Positions 1 through 9,288 of a stretch of DNA of 62,548 bases are shown one piece after another. The stretch is from IMG/VR virus record IMGVR_UViG_3300045988_075790; one strand, written 5' to 3'. A program made the translations under genes and the position numbers. The notes under the pieces were generated by a model. That model saw only the letters and a program-made list of their open reading frames with translations, had not been told where the DNA came from and ran no database searches. Numbering within the stretch: the stretch's first letter is position 1; the number at the start of each line of letters is the position of its first letter. The stretch is from a virus.

Positions 1-3000
1 AGACCGCGGCTGCATCTACCATCTTCGGCAAAGAGGCAATGGCCGGTATGCTGGCTATCATCAACGCCTCCACTGATGATTATAACAAGCTGGCCGCCGC
101 CATTGAAAACTCCTCTGGAGCTACCGAAAAGATGGCCAACACCCAGCTCGATAATCTGGGCGGTTCTATCACTCTGTTGCAGTCTGCTGTGGATGGCGTG
201 AAGATCAAGTTCGGCGATAGGTTAAATCCCTATGTCCGTTCCGTGGCTGACGGCCTGACCGCCGCCATGCCTGATGTCGAAGCTGCCCTGAGCGACTTTA
301 TGGACTTCGTTGACCGCAAATACGATGTCATGCAGGCAAAGATGCGTGACCTGACCGCGTCCGATGAGTGGCAGAATGCCGACTTTGGCGGGCGTGTAAA
401 GCTGGCGTGGGACGAAATCGTTGCTGAGCCTTTCAGCGATTGGTGGAAGAACACCGGCAAGTCTATGGTCTCCAATATTGCCGGAGATGTTGGCCGCGGC
501 ATTGGCTCTGGCATCGGTGCTGGGCTGATGATGCTGCTGGGAATTGATGTGTCCGATTCCGTAAATGAGGGTGCATCTGTTGGCAAGGCATTTGCTCAGG
601 GCTTTGCCGATGGCTTCGATTTTGACACCATCAAAGACGGCCTGTTGTCTGGCATTGGCAACCTGTTCTCCAGTGCTGGAAAGCTGCTGCCGGGAGGCAA
701 GAGCGCAGACCTCGGCTCTGTTGTGTCTGCTGCTATCATTGCGAAAGCTGCAATGCCTGCTGTGGGCATTGGCAAAGATGTCTGGACTATCGGAAAGGGC
801 GTTTTTGGCGCACAGGCTTCCCTTGGCGGCGCGTCTCTGGCCGGAACAGTCGCTGGGTCTACCGGCAACGCTATGGTCGATGGCACTGGCATTCTGGGCG
901 GCCTTGCAAATGTTGGCTATGCTGTGGGCGGTGGCAGCAAGGCCGGTCTGTACTTCGGCAGCACCTCTGGTGCCCTGTCTGGTGGCATGGCCGCTTTGGA
1001 AGGTGCTGGAGCTGTTGCTGGTGCCGTTACTGCTGGCGCAACCCTTATCAGTGCCGGCATCGATGCCTACACTGCTATGAAGTCCAGCGATAAGGAAAAG
1101 CAGGCCGCCTATGGGCAGTCTGCCGCATGGAAAGCTGGCGGTGTGGCCACTGGTGCGGCTGCCGGTGCCATGCTCGGCTCTTTTATCCCCGGTGTGGGTA
1201 CTGTTGTCGGCGGCCTTGTTGGTGCTGGTATTGGCGGCCTGACCGGGTATGTAGAGGGCAAGCGCATCAAAAAGGAGTATCAGGAGAGCGCGGAAGCTGA
1301 GGCCCTGACCAACGAGAAGCTCCAGAAGGTCTATGAGATCACCGGTTCTTCCACCGACAGCGTGAACTTCAAAACCAAGTCTTTGACCGAGGCCCTGAAG
1401 GACACAACTGTGACCACCGAGGAGTTCAATACCATGCTCCAGAGGGCCGTGTCTGATGACCTTATCGAACATTTTGGCAGCCTGCACCTCTCCCTGACTG
1501 AAATCAAGGAGGCCGCCTCTTCCATTGCTTTTGACGGCGCAGAGACGAGGTTTAACAACTTCTCCACCGCGGTGCAAGATGTCGAAAGTTCTCTTTCCTC
1601 CGTAAAGTCCACCTTTAGCAGCTTGGAAAAAGAGAACTGGAAGATGAGCCTCGGCACCCATGTGACCGAAGCGGATGTGAAGGAGTACCGCTCCAGCATT
1701 GACCAGATGTTGTCCAGCACTGCAACTTACCTCGAAAACAAGCATTACGAGGCAAGTGCGGCCTTCAAGCTCATTATGGGCGAAGATGCCAACACGGACG
1801 GTCTGGATGCCACCTATTCTGCCATTGATGCCCAGCTGGATGGGTTGAAGGAAAAGCTCAACACCGCCATAGATGCCAACATTAAGCTGAACGGTGGCGT
1901 TCTGAAGCTGGACAGCGATAGTGAAATCCTGAGCTTGCAGCAGCAGATTCAGGATATTACCAATCAGGTGAGCACGGCGCAGGAAAATGCCAAGTTTGAT
2001 ACCCTGAAAATCAAATACGGCGGGGCTGCTCTGGATGCTGAATCCTTTGCCAGCCTGCAAGAGGAACTGAAGAACACGGTCAGCAGCATGACCAGCCAGT
2101 ACGATGAAGCTCTGGAAGTGAACGTGACCAACCTTCGGCTCCAGCTTGACCGTGGAGACATCGACCAAGCCGAATATAACCGCCAGTTGCAGGCTCTTAC
2201 TGATAGCTATCACGCACAGGTGTCCGACCTCCAAGTGCGCGTTGAATCCTTCCAGCTCGATTCTATTGCTGAGGCTTACAGCTCTGCTCTGGACGGCATC
2301 TTGCCCGACCTGAAAGGCACGACCTCCGAGAAGTTGCAGCAGGCTATGGACGCGGCCTTGAAGGAAAAGCCCAACGTGGCAGACTGGACGAACTCTGATG
2401 TTGTGGAGTGGTTCGACCTGAACGGCATGGATGCCGAAACGCAGGCAGCCCTCGTGGAGCGGCTGAAGGCTGTTGCGGACTCTATGCCTGCTTCGTTTGC
2501 TGATTCCATCCGCGGCAGCGGTCTGGGAGAAGCGGCCCGGGACGCAGTAGACGATGAGCTGGATGCTGTTTCTGCTACCAAGTTCAAAAAAGATGTCTAC
2601 GCCCAGTTCAATCTTCACTCCTCCATGAACAGTGTCGTTGCTCCCTCTTCCTCTGGTTCCAGCAGCTACACAAGCCCGGTGACCGGCAAGACTGTCACCC
2701 CGTATGCTGCTGGCTATCATGGCATGAGCATCGGCGGCCATGCAACCGGCGGCATGGTGAATGGCCGCGAGCTTTCGTGGGTCGGTGAGGAAGGCCCTGA
2801 GATGATTATTCCGCTCGTTCCCGCAAGGCGCGAGCGGGCTGTTGAGCTGTACCAGCAAGCCGGAGAAATCCTCGGCGTGACTGCCCACGCAAATGGCGGT
2901 CTGGTTGGCTCTGGTTCCAGCAGCTACACAAGCCCGGTGACCAGAAACTATATGGACAGCTATTATGACGGCCACACGAGCCGCCACAATGAGTTTTCCT

Positions 3001-3329
3001 CCGATACGGTAGATTATCTGTCTCAGACTGTAAACGAGGCTCCTGTGGCCTCCAATCTGTTCTCTGAGGATGATTCCACCGCATCCACAAGCTCCAGCTC
3101 TCAGAACGTGGCCTCTACCTCCCAGAATGTGACCGTGCAACCCGAAGTTACGGTTAAGGTTGACGTAAACCCTGAGTTCAACATCACCGGCGGCGAGAAG
3201 TCCGAAGACGAAATCATGGCCGTCATCCGGCGGCACATGAAAGAGATGGCAGACGAGATCGGCGGCGAGCTTGCAACAAAGCTCGATGAGGTGTTCTCTA
3301 ATATGCCGCTGAAGGGGGTAAGTGCATGA
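1..3329 (+). CDS. Tail tape measure protein, C-terminal part (same gene as 61416..62548, joined across the circular junction)
   Basis: Frame of ORF 39..3329 stays open to position 1 and is in phase with ATG 61416 once the 55-bp end overlap is removed (about 1468 codons, hand count). Gly/Ala-rich hydrophobic block and long coiled-coil middle. Lies between XkdN-like chaperone and LysM gene. Confidence 0.9.
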   Translation, partial: TAAASTIFGKEAMAGMLAIINASTDDYNKLAAAIENSSGATEKMANTQLDNLGGSITLLQSAVDGVKIKFGDRLNPYVRSVADGLTAAMPDVEAALSDFMDFVDRKYDVMQAKMRDLTASDEWQNADFGGRVKLAWDEIVAEPFSDWWKNTGKSMVSNIAGDVGRGIGSGIGAGLMMLLGIDVSDSVNEGASVGKAFAQGFADGFDFDTIKDGLLSGIGNLFSSAGKLLPGGKSADLGSVVSAAIIAKAAMPAVGIGKDVWTIGKGVFGAQASLGGASLAGTVAGSTGNAMVDGTGILGGLANVGYAVGGGSKAGLYFGSTSGALSGGMAALEGAGAVAGAVTAGATLISAGIDAYTAMKSSDKEKQAAYGQSAAWKAGGVATGAAAGAMLGSFIPGVGTVVGGLVGAGIGGLTGYVEGKRIKKEYQESAEAEALTNEKLQKVYEITGSSTDSVNFKTKSLTEALKDTTVTTEEFNTMLQRAVSDDLIEHFGSLHLSLTEIKEAASSIAFDGAETRFNNFSTAVQDVESSLSSVKSTFSSLEKENWKMSLGTHVTEADVKEYRSSIDQMLSSTATYLENKHYEASAAFKLIMGEDANTDGLDATYSAIDAQLDGLKEKLNTAIDANIKLNGGVLKLDSDSEILSLQQQIQDITNQVSTAQENAKFDTLKIKYGGAALDAESFASLQEELKNTVSSMTSQYDEALEVNVTNLRLQLDRGDIDQAEYNRQLQALTDSYHAQVSDLQVRVESFQLDSIAEAYSSALDGILPDLKGTTSEKLQQAMDAALKEKPNVADWTNSDVVEWFDLNGMDAETQAALVERLKAVADSMPASFADSIRGSGLGEAARDAVDDELDAVSATKFKKDVYAQFNLHSSMNSVVAPSSSGSSSYTSPVTGKTVTPYAAGYHGMSIGGHATGGMVNGRELSWVGEEGPEMIIPLVPARRERAVELYQQAGEILGVTAHANGGLVGSGSSSYTSPVTRNYMDSYYDGHTSRHNEFSSDTVDYLSQTVNEAPVASNLFSEDDSTASTSSSSQNVASTSQNVTVQPEVTVKVDVNPEFNITGGEKSEDEIMAVIRRHMKEMADEIGGELATKLDEVFSNMPLKGVSA
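2651..2942 (+). repeat. Two perfect 34-bp direct repeats (2651..2684, 2909..2942) inside the tape measure gene
   Basis: ctctggttccagcagctacacaagcccggtgacc occurs twice, 258 bp (86 codons) apart and in frame. Both copies encode SGSSSYTSPVT. Confidence 0.9.
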
Positions 3330-4015
3330 TTTGCCTGATTCCAGCAGGAGGCGGTACGCCGTTTTTCTTCACCCCTCTGCCTGAACAGGTCGAGGTGAAG
3401 TATGGAGCAAAATACCAGACATTCGACACCATTTCCCGCGGTACTGTGAAGGTGCCGCGCGGAACTGATGTCACGGAGGTTTCTTGGAACGGGGAATTTT
3501 TTGGATTCCCGCGCCGGAATGAAACCATCGTAAACAGGATGTTCTGGATGCTCCCTGCTGCTGCTCGCAGCATCATCGAGGAGTATGTAGACAACGAAAC
3601 TGTTCTGACCCTTATCATCACTGATATTTGGCTGAATATTGACGTTACTATATCTTCTTTCCACACAACCGGGTATGGTGCGTTCGGGAACCTGAAGTAC
3701 GACATCTCTTTTGCACAGAAAAAACCTCTCGAAATCTACACAACGGATGAGCTGAACACCGATTCCTATGTGAAGAAAACCAACCCGCGCACTGACCTTG
3801 CTGCTACAAGCACTGGTTCTGGCCAGAGCTATACCGTAAGCAGTGGAGACAGTCTCTGGAAGATTGCCCAGAAGCAGTACGGGGATGGCTCCAAGTGGAA
3901 GAAAATCTATGATGCCAACAAAGACGCTATCGAAGCTGCGGCTAAAAAGCACGGCAAAAAGAGCAGCGACAGCGGCAAGTGGATTTACCCGGGGGCCTCC
4001 CTGATTATTCCGTAG
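3326..4015 (+). CDS. LysM-domain tail protein (XkdP-like)
   Basis: ATGA overlap with tape-measure stop. C-terminal 'YTVSSGDSLWKIAQKQYGDGSKWKKIYDANK...IYPGASLIIP' is a LysM motif. Position matches xkdP in PBSX-type tails. Confidence 0.75.
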   Translation: MICLIPAGGGTPFFFTPLPEQVEVKYGAKYQTFDTISRGTVKVPRGTDVTEVSWNGEFFGFPRRNETIVNRMFWMLPAAARSIIEEYVDNETVLTLIITDIWLNIDVTISSFHTTGYGAFGNLKYDISFAQKKPLEIYTTDELNTDSYVKKTNPRTDLAATSTGSGQSYTVSSGDSLWKIAQKQYGDGSKWKKIYDANKDAIEAAAKKHGKKSSDSGKWIYPGASLIIP

Positions 4016-4025
4016 GAGGCTGCTC

Positions 4026-5264
4026 ATGGTCGATGTTGCAAAGCTGAAGTACAGCGTTTCCGTTGTCGGCGATGATGGAACGCAGTACAACATCAAAAAC
4101 TATATCGAAGCTCTGGGCTGGGAAGAAGCCAATAAGGAGATCTCCATGCGGCTGACCTTCAAGGCCCGGAATGATACCACATCGAAAGGCCAGCTCTCCA
4201 GCGTTGTGAAGCTGGGGAGCCTTATCGTGGTAACTGCCAGCGATGGCGGTTCCTTCAATGGTGAGGTGGCCCGTGGTTTTGTGGAGAAGTGGAACCCGCA
4301 AGACCGAAACTCTGCATCTGACCTGTCCTGCATCTGCTATGATGAGCTGTACAAGCTGCAAAAGAGTCAGGATAATGTGTATTTGCCTGATGGCACCGGC
4401 ACACAGTCTGCAATCCAAAAGATTTTGGACGAATGGGGTGTTACCCTTGGGCAGTATAAGGGGCCGAATGCTACTCACGGAAAGCTGACCTTCAAGAACA
4501 AGTATCTTTCGGATATCATGCTGGAGCTGCTGGATGATGCCGTAAAGAAGGGCGGCGAGAAGTGCGTTATCCGGGCCACTAAGGGCAAGGCCGAAATTGT
4601 TCCACTTGGCGGCAATGATGATGTCTACGTTTTCAAGCTTGACAACACCATCTCCGTCAGCAACAGCCTCAGCACCGAAGACCTTGTAACGAAGGTCAAG
4701 GTCGTTGGCCAAGAGAATAAGAGCGGCCAAAGTAAAGTCGAGGCAACTCTGGATGGCCTTACCCAGTATGGAACCCGACAGCGTATCTACCGCCGAGGCT
4801 CAGACGAAAAGCTGGCAGATGCTAAATCTGCGGCACAGGCCATTCTCGATGAGGACGGCAAGGTCGTTGAGGAAGTATCCGTCAACACGCCGGACATTCC
4901 ATGGTTGCGGAAAGGGCATCTCGTCTGTCTGAAAGCCGGCACATCGCAGGGCAGCTATTATGTGCGCGGCGTTGTGCATAATGCGGAAAGCCTGACCATG
5001 ACGCTTGACCTCCTGAAGGCTCCCGATGATGGCGGCGATTCTGGGGGCAAGCATTCCGTGGGTGACATTGTGAATTTTCACGGCGGCACCCACTACGTCA
5101 GCAGCTATGCCGATGCGAAGGGCTACAAAGCTACTGCTGGAAAGGCGAAAATCACCAAAGACCCGTCCTGCGCAAAGAATGGAGGGGCGCACCCGTGGCA
5201 CCTCATCCATGTGGATAGCTCCAGCAACGTATACGGATGGGTGGATGAAGGCACGTTCGATTAG
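4026..5264 (+). CDS. XkdQ/YqbQ-like tail/baseplate hub protein
   Basis: 412 aa, SD taggagg. Synteny directly after the LysM gene as in PBSX-type tail modules. Confidence 0.6.
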   Translation: MVDVAKLKYSVSVVGDDGTQYNIKNYIEALGWEEANKEISMRLTFKARNDTTSKGQLSSVVKLGSLIVVTASDGGSFNGEVARGFVEKWNPQDRNSASDLSCICYDELYKLQKSQDNVYLPDGTGTQSAIQKILDEWGVTLGQYKGPNATHGKLTFKNKYLSDIMLELLDDAVKKGGEKCVIRATKGKAEIVPLGGNDDVYVFKLDNTISVSNSLSTEDLVTKVKVVGQENKSGQSKVEATLDGLTQYGTRQRIYRRGSDEKLADAKSAAQAILDEDGKVVEEVSVNTPDIPWLRKGHLVCLKAGTSQGSYYVRGVVHNAESLTMTLDLLKAPDDGGDSGGKHSVGDIVNFHGGTHYVSSYADAKGYKATAGKAKITKDPSCAKNGGAHPWHLIHVDSSSNVYGWVDEGTFD

Positions 5265-5277
5265 GAGGTGAACGCCT

Positions 5278-5784
5278 ATGGATATGGATTCCAGCCCCGG
5301 TACAAACCGGCTGGGGCAGACCATTGCAAAGCGAATCGGAAAGCAGATGGAGGGCGAAAGCTCTCTTGTTCTGGACTTTGGCGAAATCAAGGATGACGAG
5401 AGCCTGCTGACGAATACGTTCCCCATACCCATCCCGAAGGGCGAGTACCACGTTTTGCGGAGCTTGACCTACGGGAAGGTTGGGGACATCCTTGCCAAGA
5501 CGCAGAATATTGGCAGCCCCGGCAGCGGCGAACACGACCACAAAACCTTTGTGCTGAATAGCGTTCATGGCCCCGTGAAGGGAACTATCGGCACCACCGC
5601 TTCCGGCCAGCCTGACCCTCCAGACCCGCCGCAGAGCAGCGCGGGAGGTGGTGGCTCTGAAGGTGCCCATCAGCACCACGTTCTCGTGCCTGAGAAGATG
5701 CGGAGCCTGAAACCGGGTGACCGTGTTCTCGTGGCATGGGTGCAGAACGAGGCCGTTGTCATTGATATTGTGGTCAGCTCGTAA
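5278..5784 (+). CDS. XkdR-like small baseplate/spike protein (DUF2577-type)
   Basis: Synteny. C-terminal 'LKPGDRVLVAWVQNEAVVIDIV' resembles gpV/DUF2577 OB-fold ends. SD taggaggtg. Confidence 0.5.
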   Translation: MDMDSSPGTNRLGQTIAKRIGKQMEGESSLVLDFGEIKDDESLLTNTFPIPIPKGEYHVLRSLTYGKVGDILAKTQNIGSPGSGEHDHKTFVLNSVHGPVKGTIGTTASGQPDPPDPPQSSAGGGGSEGAHQHHVLVPEKMRSLKPGDRVLVAWVQNEAVVIDIVVSS

Positions 5785-5798
5785 AGGAGGCGGGCGCA

Positions 5799-6230
5799 AT
5801 GGCTCAAAAGTTATACCAGACCTTTGAAGTGCCGGAGATCATCAACGAGGAAGAGCAGCTCGATAAAGAGTACCACCGCAGCATGAAGTGGAACCCTGAG
5901 ACTGGTGATTTTGTTCGGGATGGCTCCAATAGGGTGCTGGACTGTGACGGGCGCGAAGCGTTCATGATTTGGTGCTTTAAGGCTGCCCAGACTGAGCGTT
6001 ACCAGTGTCTGGCATATCCTCGCTCCATCGGCACTGAGATGGAAAGCGTGAAGGATGATGACCGGGAGGTGGCACAGTCCATGGTGGAGCGCACCATTAC
6101 CGAGGCCCTGAAGGTCAACCCTCGCACGGAATACGTCCGCGATTTTAAGTTCACATGGGACGGTGACGAGCTGCATTGTTCCTGCGTGGTGAAGGGCGTG
6201 AACTGGGGCGAGTTCCAAATCTCAATCTGA
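5799..6230 (+). CDS. XkdS-like baseplate wedge protein (gp25/W-like, DUF2634-type)
   Basis: 143 aa, SD aaaggagg. Lies immediately upstream of the baseplate J-like gene. Confidence 0.5.
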   Translation: MAQKLYQTFEVPEIINEEEQLDKEYHRSMKWNPETGDFVRDGSNRVLDCDGREAFMIWCFKAAQTERYQCLAYPRSIGTEMESVKDDDREVAQSMVERTITEALKVNPRTEYVRDFKFTWDGDELHCSCVVKGVNWGEFQISI

Positions 6231-6268
6231 AAGAAAGGAGATGATGCGATACGCAGCCTGAATTTAAT

Positions 6269-7372
6269 ATGCCGGACTTCATGGAGGGGACATCTGCTGA
6301 TGAAATCCACCGCAGGATGATGGCCGAGCTGCCCGATGACATTGACGATATGCCAGGCGGCTTCCCCTACGACATGACACGCCCTACTGCACTGGAAAAG
6401 GCCGAGCTTATAAACTTCCATCTGGCCCGCGCTATTATGATTGCGTTTCCGCAGTCCGCGTGGGACGAATGGCTTGACCTGCACGGGCAGCAAGTCCACC
6501 TGACCCGTCACGATGCTGTCCACGCTACCGGCACGGTGACCGTCACCGGCTCTGCTGGCACGGTGCTGGCTGCCGGCACGGTGTTCTGTACCACGGCCAC
6601 GGATGATGGCCCTTCGATTGAGTTCCGGTCGAATGAGGCAGCAACCATCCCTGACACCGGCAGCATCGACATCGAGGTGACAGCCGTTGAAGCTGGAACC
6701 GGTTCCAATGTGAAGGCCGATACCGTGATTCTGATGCTCAAACCCATCAACAATATCACGGCCATCACCAATAAAGAGAGCATCACCGGCGGTACTGAGC
6801 GCGAGAGCAACGATGACTTCTACGACCGGATTGCTGTGGAGTATAGCAACTCTATGACCTACCTCGGCAACGATACCGACTACAAGCGGTGGGCAAAAGA
6901 GGCCGGAGCCGGTGACTGCATCGTTGACCCGGCGTGGAAAGGCCCCGGTACTGTTCGGCTTGTTCTGGTAGACGGTAACGGGCAGCCCGCAAACAAGGAG
7001 CTGCTGGATGCTGTATTCAACCATATTGTATCTCCTGATGACCGGGCGGCCCGCCTGCTGCCTACCGGCTGCGCCGAGCTGACCTGTGCGGCAGCCACCA
7101 CTGTGAAGGTGGACTATACCTGCACTGGCCTTATCTACGACAGTGAGCATACCACTGCTGAGGAGATCGCTTCCCAGTTTGGCGAGCTGGTCAAAGCTCT
7201 GTATGGGGAGGCGAAGGCAAATAATGTCCTACGCTACAATGACGTTCGCCCACTGCTGGCCGACATCCCCGGCGTGACAGACTTCTCCACCTTCCTGATG
7301 AACGGCAGCATGAATAATATCACGCTGGCGAATATCGAATACCCTGCCACCGGCACGGTAAAGTTCAGCTAG
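6269..7372 (+). CDS. Baseplate J-like protein (XkdT-like)
   Basis: 367 aa. Size and position typical of Baseplate_J in PBSX/P2-type baseplates. The N-terminal region looks similar to XkdT-family proteins (from memory). Confidence 0.7.
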   Translation: MPDFMEGTSADEIHRRMMAELPDDIDDMPGGFPYDMTRPTALEKAELINFHLARAIMIAFPQSAWDEWLDLHGQQVHLTRHDAVHATGTVTVTGSAGTVLAAGTVFCTTATDDGPSIEFRSNEAATIPDTGSIDIEVTAVEAGTGSNVKADTVILMLKPINNITAITNKESITGGTERESNDDFYDRIAVEYSNSMTYLGNDTDYKRWAKEAGAGDCIVDPAWKGPGTVRLVLVDGNGQPANKELLDAVFNHIVSPDDRAARLLPTGCAELTCAAATTVKVDYTCTGLIYDSEHTTAEEIASQFGELVKALYGEAKANNVLRYNDVRPLLADIPGVTDFSTFLMNGSMNNITLANIEYPATGTVKFS

Positions 7373-7385
7373 GAGGTGCAGCAGG

Positions 7386-8657
7386 ATGAGGGCGAAGAAA
7401 ATTGACCTCGAAAATTTTCCTACCAGCGAGAGTGCCCAGCGAATGCTGGCCTCGGTCACCCCCGGCTTCTACGATAAGTCCTATGTTGGCAAGTGGCTGT
7501 ATCAGGTCATGGGCCTCGAATTTGATGAGGCCGAAAAGCTGATTGCTGAGGAGCTGCCCCTGCAATTTTTCCCAGAAACAGCAACATGGGGCCTGATGTA
7601 CCACGAAATCAAGTGGGGGCTTCCTGTGCGCGATTATCTCTCCTATGAAGAGCGCAGAAAGCTCATCTACGAGAAGCGCGACCAACGCGCCCCAATGACC
7701 CCTTACCGCATAGAAACCATGCTCGGAAATGTCACCGGATTCTGGGCCAATGTCTGCGACATCCACGATGGCGGCAAGTATGGCTACAAGGTGAGCCATC
7801 CCAATACTTTTATTGTGGTTTTCGTGGGCGATGGAACCCTGAACACCAAGGCCGTAAAAAGGCTGCTGGATTCTGCCAAGCAGTCCCATACGACCTATAC
7901 GATGATCGACCGCATGGACACTGTGCTTGACTGCTCTACTCTGGAGCAGATGCTGCTGCGGAATATCAATATTAGAGCCGCCGTTCCGTTCTGGAGGGCG
8001 GCTCTGCTTGACGGCAGCGGCTATCTTGACGGTTCCATGCTGCTGGATTCCATGCGCGAGTATGATTTGCGGCTGGGCCTGATGTACCGTCAGGGCGAGC
8101 TCTACACGCTGCAGAGCATCGACCTGAAAAAGCTAAGGGTTTACCTCCAGTACGGGGTATCTGAGCAGTACGCGAACCAGAAAGTGCGGCACAGCATGGC
8201 CGTGTATTTTTGGCCTGCTCTCCGGCTCGATGGCTCTGTATTGCTGGATGGCTCCGAGGGCCTGAACTGGTCGAGACAAGACTGGCCTGTTTCTATCAAG
8301 TACAGAGTGGGCCAGTTTGTCACCCAGAACGATGTCATCATTCACCGGCTGAGGATTCCGCTCAAGGCTGAGCTGTCCGAATCCTATACAGCCAAGGTGA
8401 AGCATGGGGGCGAAGTTCATTTCTGGACGGCCCTGAAACTGGACGGCTCTGCAAAACTGGACGGGAGTGAGCTGCTGGATAAGTCCCGGCAGCCGTGGCC
8501 TGTCGCCGTCGCTGTGGCTGCCTCTGCTCCTCGTATGGCTGAGGAGATGGAGAACGCCACCGTTATAACCCGGAAAGACCTTGCGTACATGGACGGCTCG
8601 CTCCGTCTTGATGGCACAAGGATTTTGGATTCTGAATACAACAAGGAGGCTATCTAA
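7386..8657 (+). CDS. XkdU/gpI-like baseplate protein with four C-terminal 'LDGSxxLDGS' repeats
   Basis: 423 aa following baseplate J. Repeats are FWRAALLDGSGYLDGS, FWPALRLDGSVLLDGS, FWTALKLDGSAKLDGS, YMDGSLRLDGTRILDS. Confidence 0.55.
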   Translation: MRAKKIDLENFPTSESAQRMLASVTPGFYDKSYVGKWLYQVMGLEFDEAEKLIAEELPLQFFPETATWGLMYHEIKWGLPVRDYLSYEERRKLIYEKRDQRAPMTPYRIETMLGNVTGFWANVCDIHDGGKYGYKVSHPNTFIVVFVGDGTLNTKAVKRLLDSAKQSHTTYTMIDRMDTVLDCSTLEQMLLRNINIRAAVPFWRAALLDGSGYLDGSMLLDSMREYDLRLGLMYRQGELYTLQSIDLKKLRVYLQYGVSEQYANQKVRHSMAVYFWPALRLDGSVLLDGSEGLNWSRQDWPVSIKYRVGQFVTQNDVIIHRLRIPLKAELSESYTAKVKHGGEVHFWTALKLDGSAKLDGSELLDKSRQPWPVAVAVAASAPRMAEEMENATVITRKDLAYMDGSLRLDGTRILDSEYNKEAI

Positions 8658-9040
8658 TGGCGAAAAATGTTATTATCACCAAGACCGCCAGAAAGAAGCT
8701 GGTGCAGGCGAGGGCCGGCATTATTGCCCTGCCCAAAATCGTTGGCATGGCTTTTGGCTCTGGTGGCGTGAACAGCAAAGGTGAGGTTGTACCTCCCACG
8801 GACAACCAGACCACCTTGACCGCTGAGATGTACCGCAAGAAGATTGACGGCTACAGTGTCCTTTCGGATACCTCTATCCGTTATGAGTGTACCCTGAGCG
8901 AGAGCGAGCTGGCTGGCAAGAGCATCAGCGAGATCGGCCTGTATGATGCTGCCAATGATTTGGTCTGCATCAAGACCTTTACCGCCAAGGGCAAGGATGA
9001 TGACATCCAGATGACCTACACTCTGGATGACGTATTCTGA
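8657..9040 (+). CDS. Tail-fibre N-terminal (tail-collar/DUF3751-like) protein
   Basis: 'MAKNVIITKTARKKLVQARAG...IVGMAFGSGG...LTAEMYRKKI' resembles the conserved N-terminus of P2/Mu-type tail fibres. SD aaggagg. Confidence 0.55.
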   Translation: MAKNVIITKTARKKLVQARAGIIALPKIVGMAFGSGGVNSKGEVVPPTDNQTTLTAEMYRKKIDGYSVLSDTSIRYECTLSESELAGKSISEIGLYDAANDLVCIKTFTAKGKDDDIQMTYTLDDVF

Positions 9041-9057
9041 GCCGGGAGGGACGCAGC

Positions 9058-9285
9058 ATGAAAAAGTATACTGTTGACCCCAAGACCGCGGCGTATTCTG
9101 ATTCTATCGAGATCACCGAAACCACCGATACGAACCACGCCGATAATATCAATCAGGCCCCGAAGCAGCTGATGGCAAACACGGCCGAAAACCACCGGCG
9201 CATTGTCGCCATTGAAAACCGTAAGGTTCAGGCCGTCTACGATACCACTGACGGCGGCCTGAACTTCATCGTTAAGGAGGACTAA
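9058..9285 (+). CDS. Hypothetical small tail-fibre-associated protein
   Basis: 75 aa, SD gggaggg. Lies between two fibre genes. Confidence 0.5.
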   Translation: MKKYTVDPKTAAYSDSIEITETTDTNHADNINQAPKQLMANTAENHRRIVAIENRKVQAVYDTTDGGLNFIVKED

Positions 9286-9288
9286 AAC

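Noticed and set aside
1-55. Terminal direct repeat as a biological DTR or cos end.
   Set aside because: The exact 55-nt identity lies in the middle of an essential ORF (tape measure). This fits an assembler k-mer overlap on a circular contig.
222-3236. 1004-aa ORF antisense to the tape measure gene. Similar long antisense ORFs occur at 9016..11010, 31348..32715, 38175..39497, 48472..51546, 52799..55636 and 58705..60696.
   Set aside because: These are shadow ORFs typical of GC-rich coding DNA. They have low-complexity, Arg/Gly/Ala/His-rich translations, no SD, and each lies exactly opposite a well-supported + strand gene with recognisable motifs.
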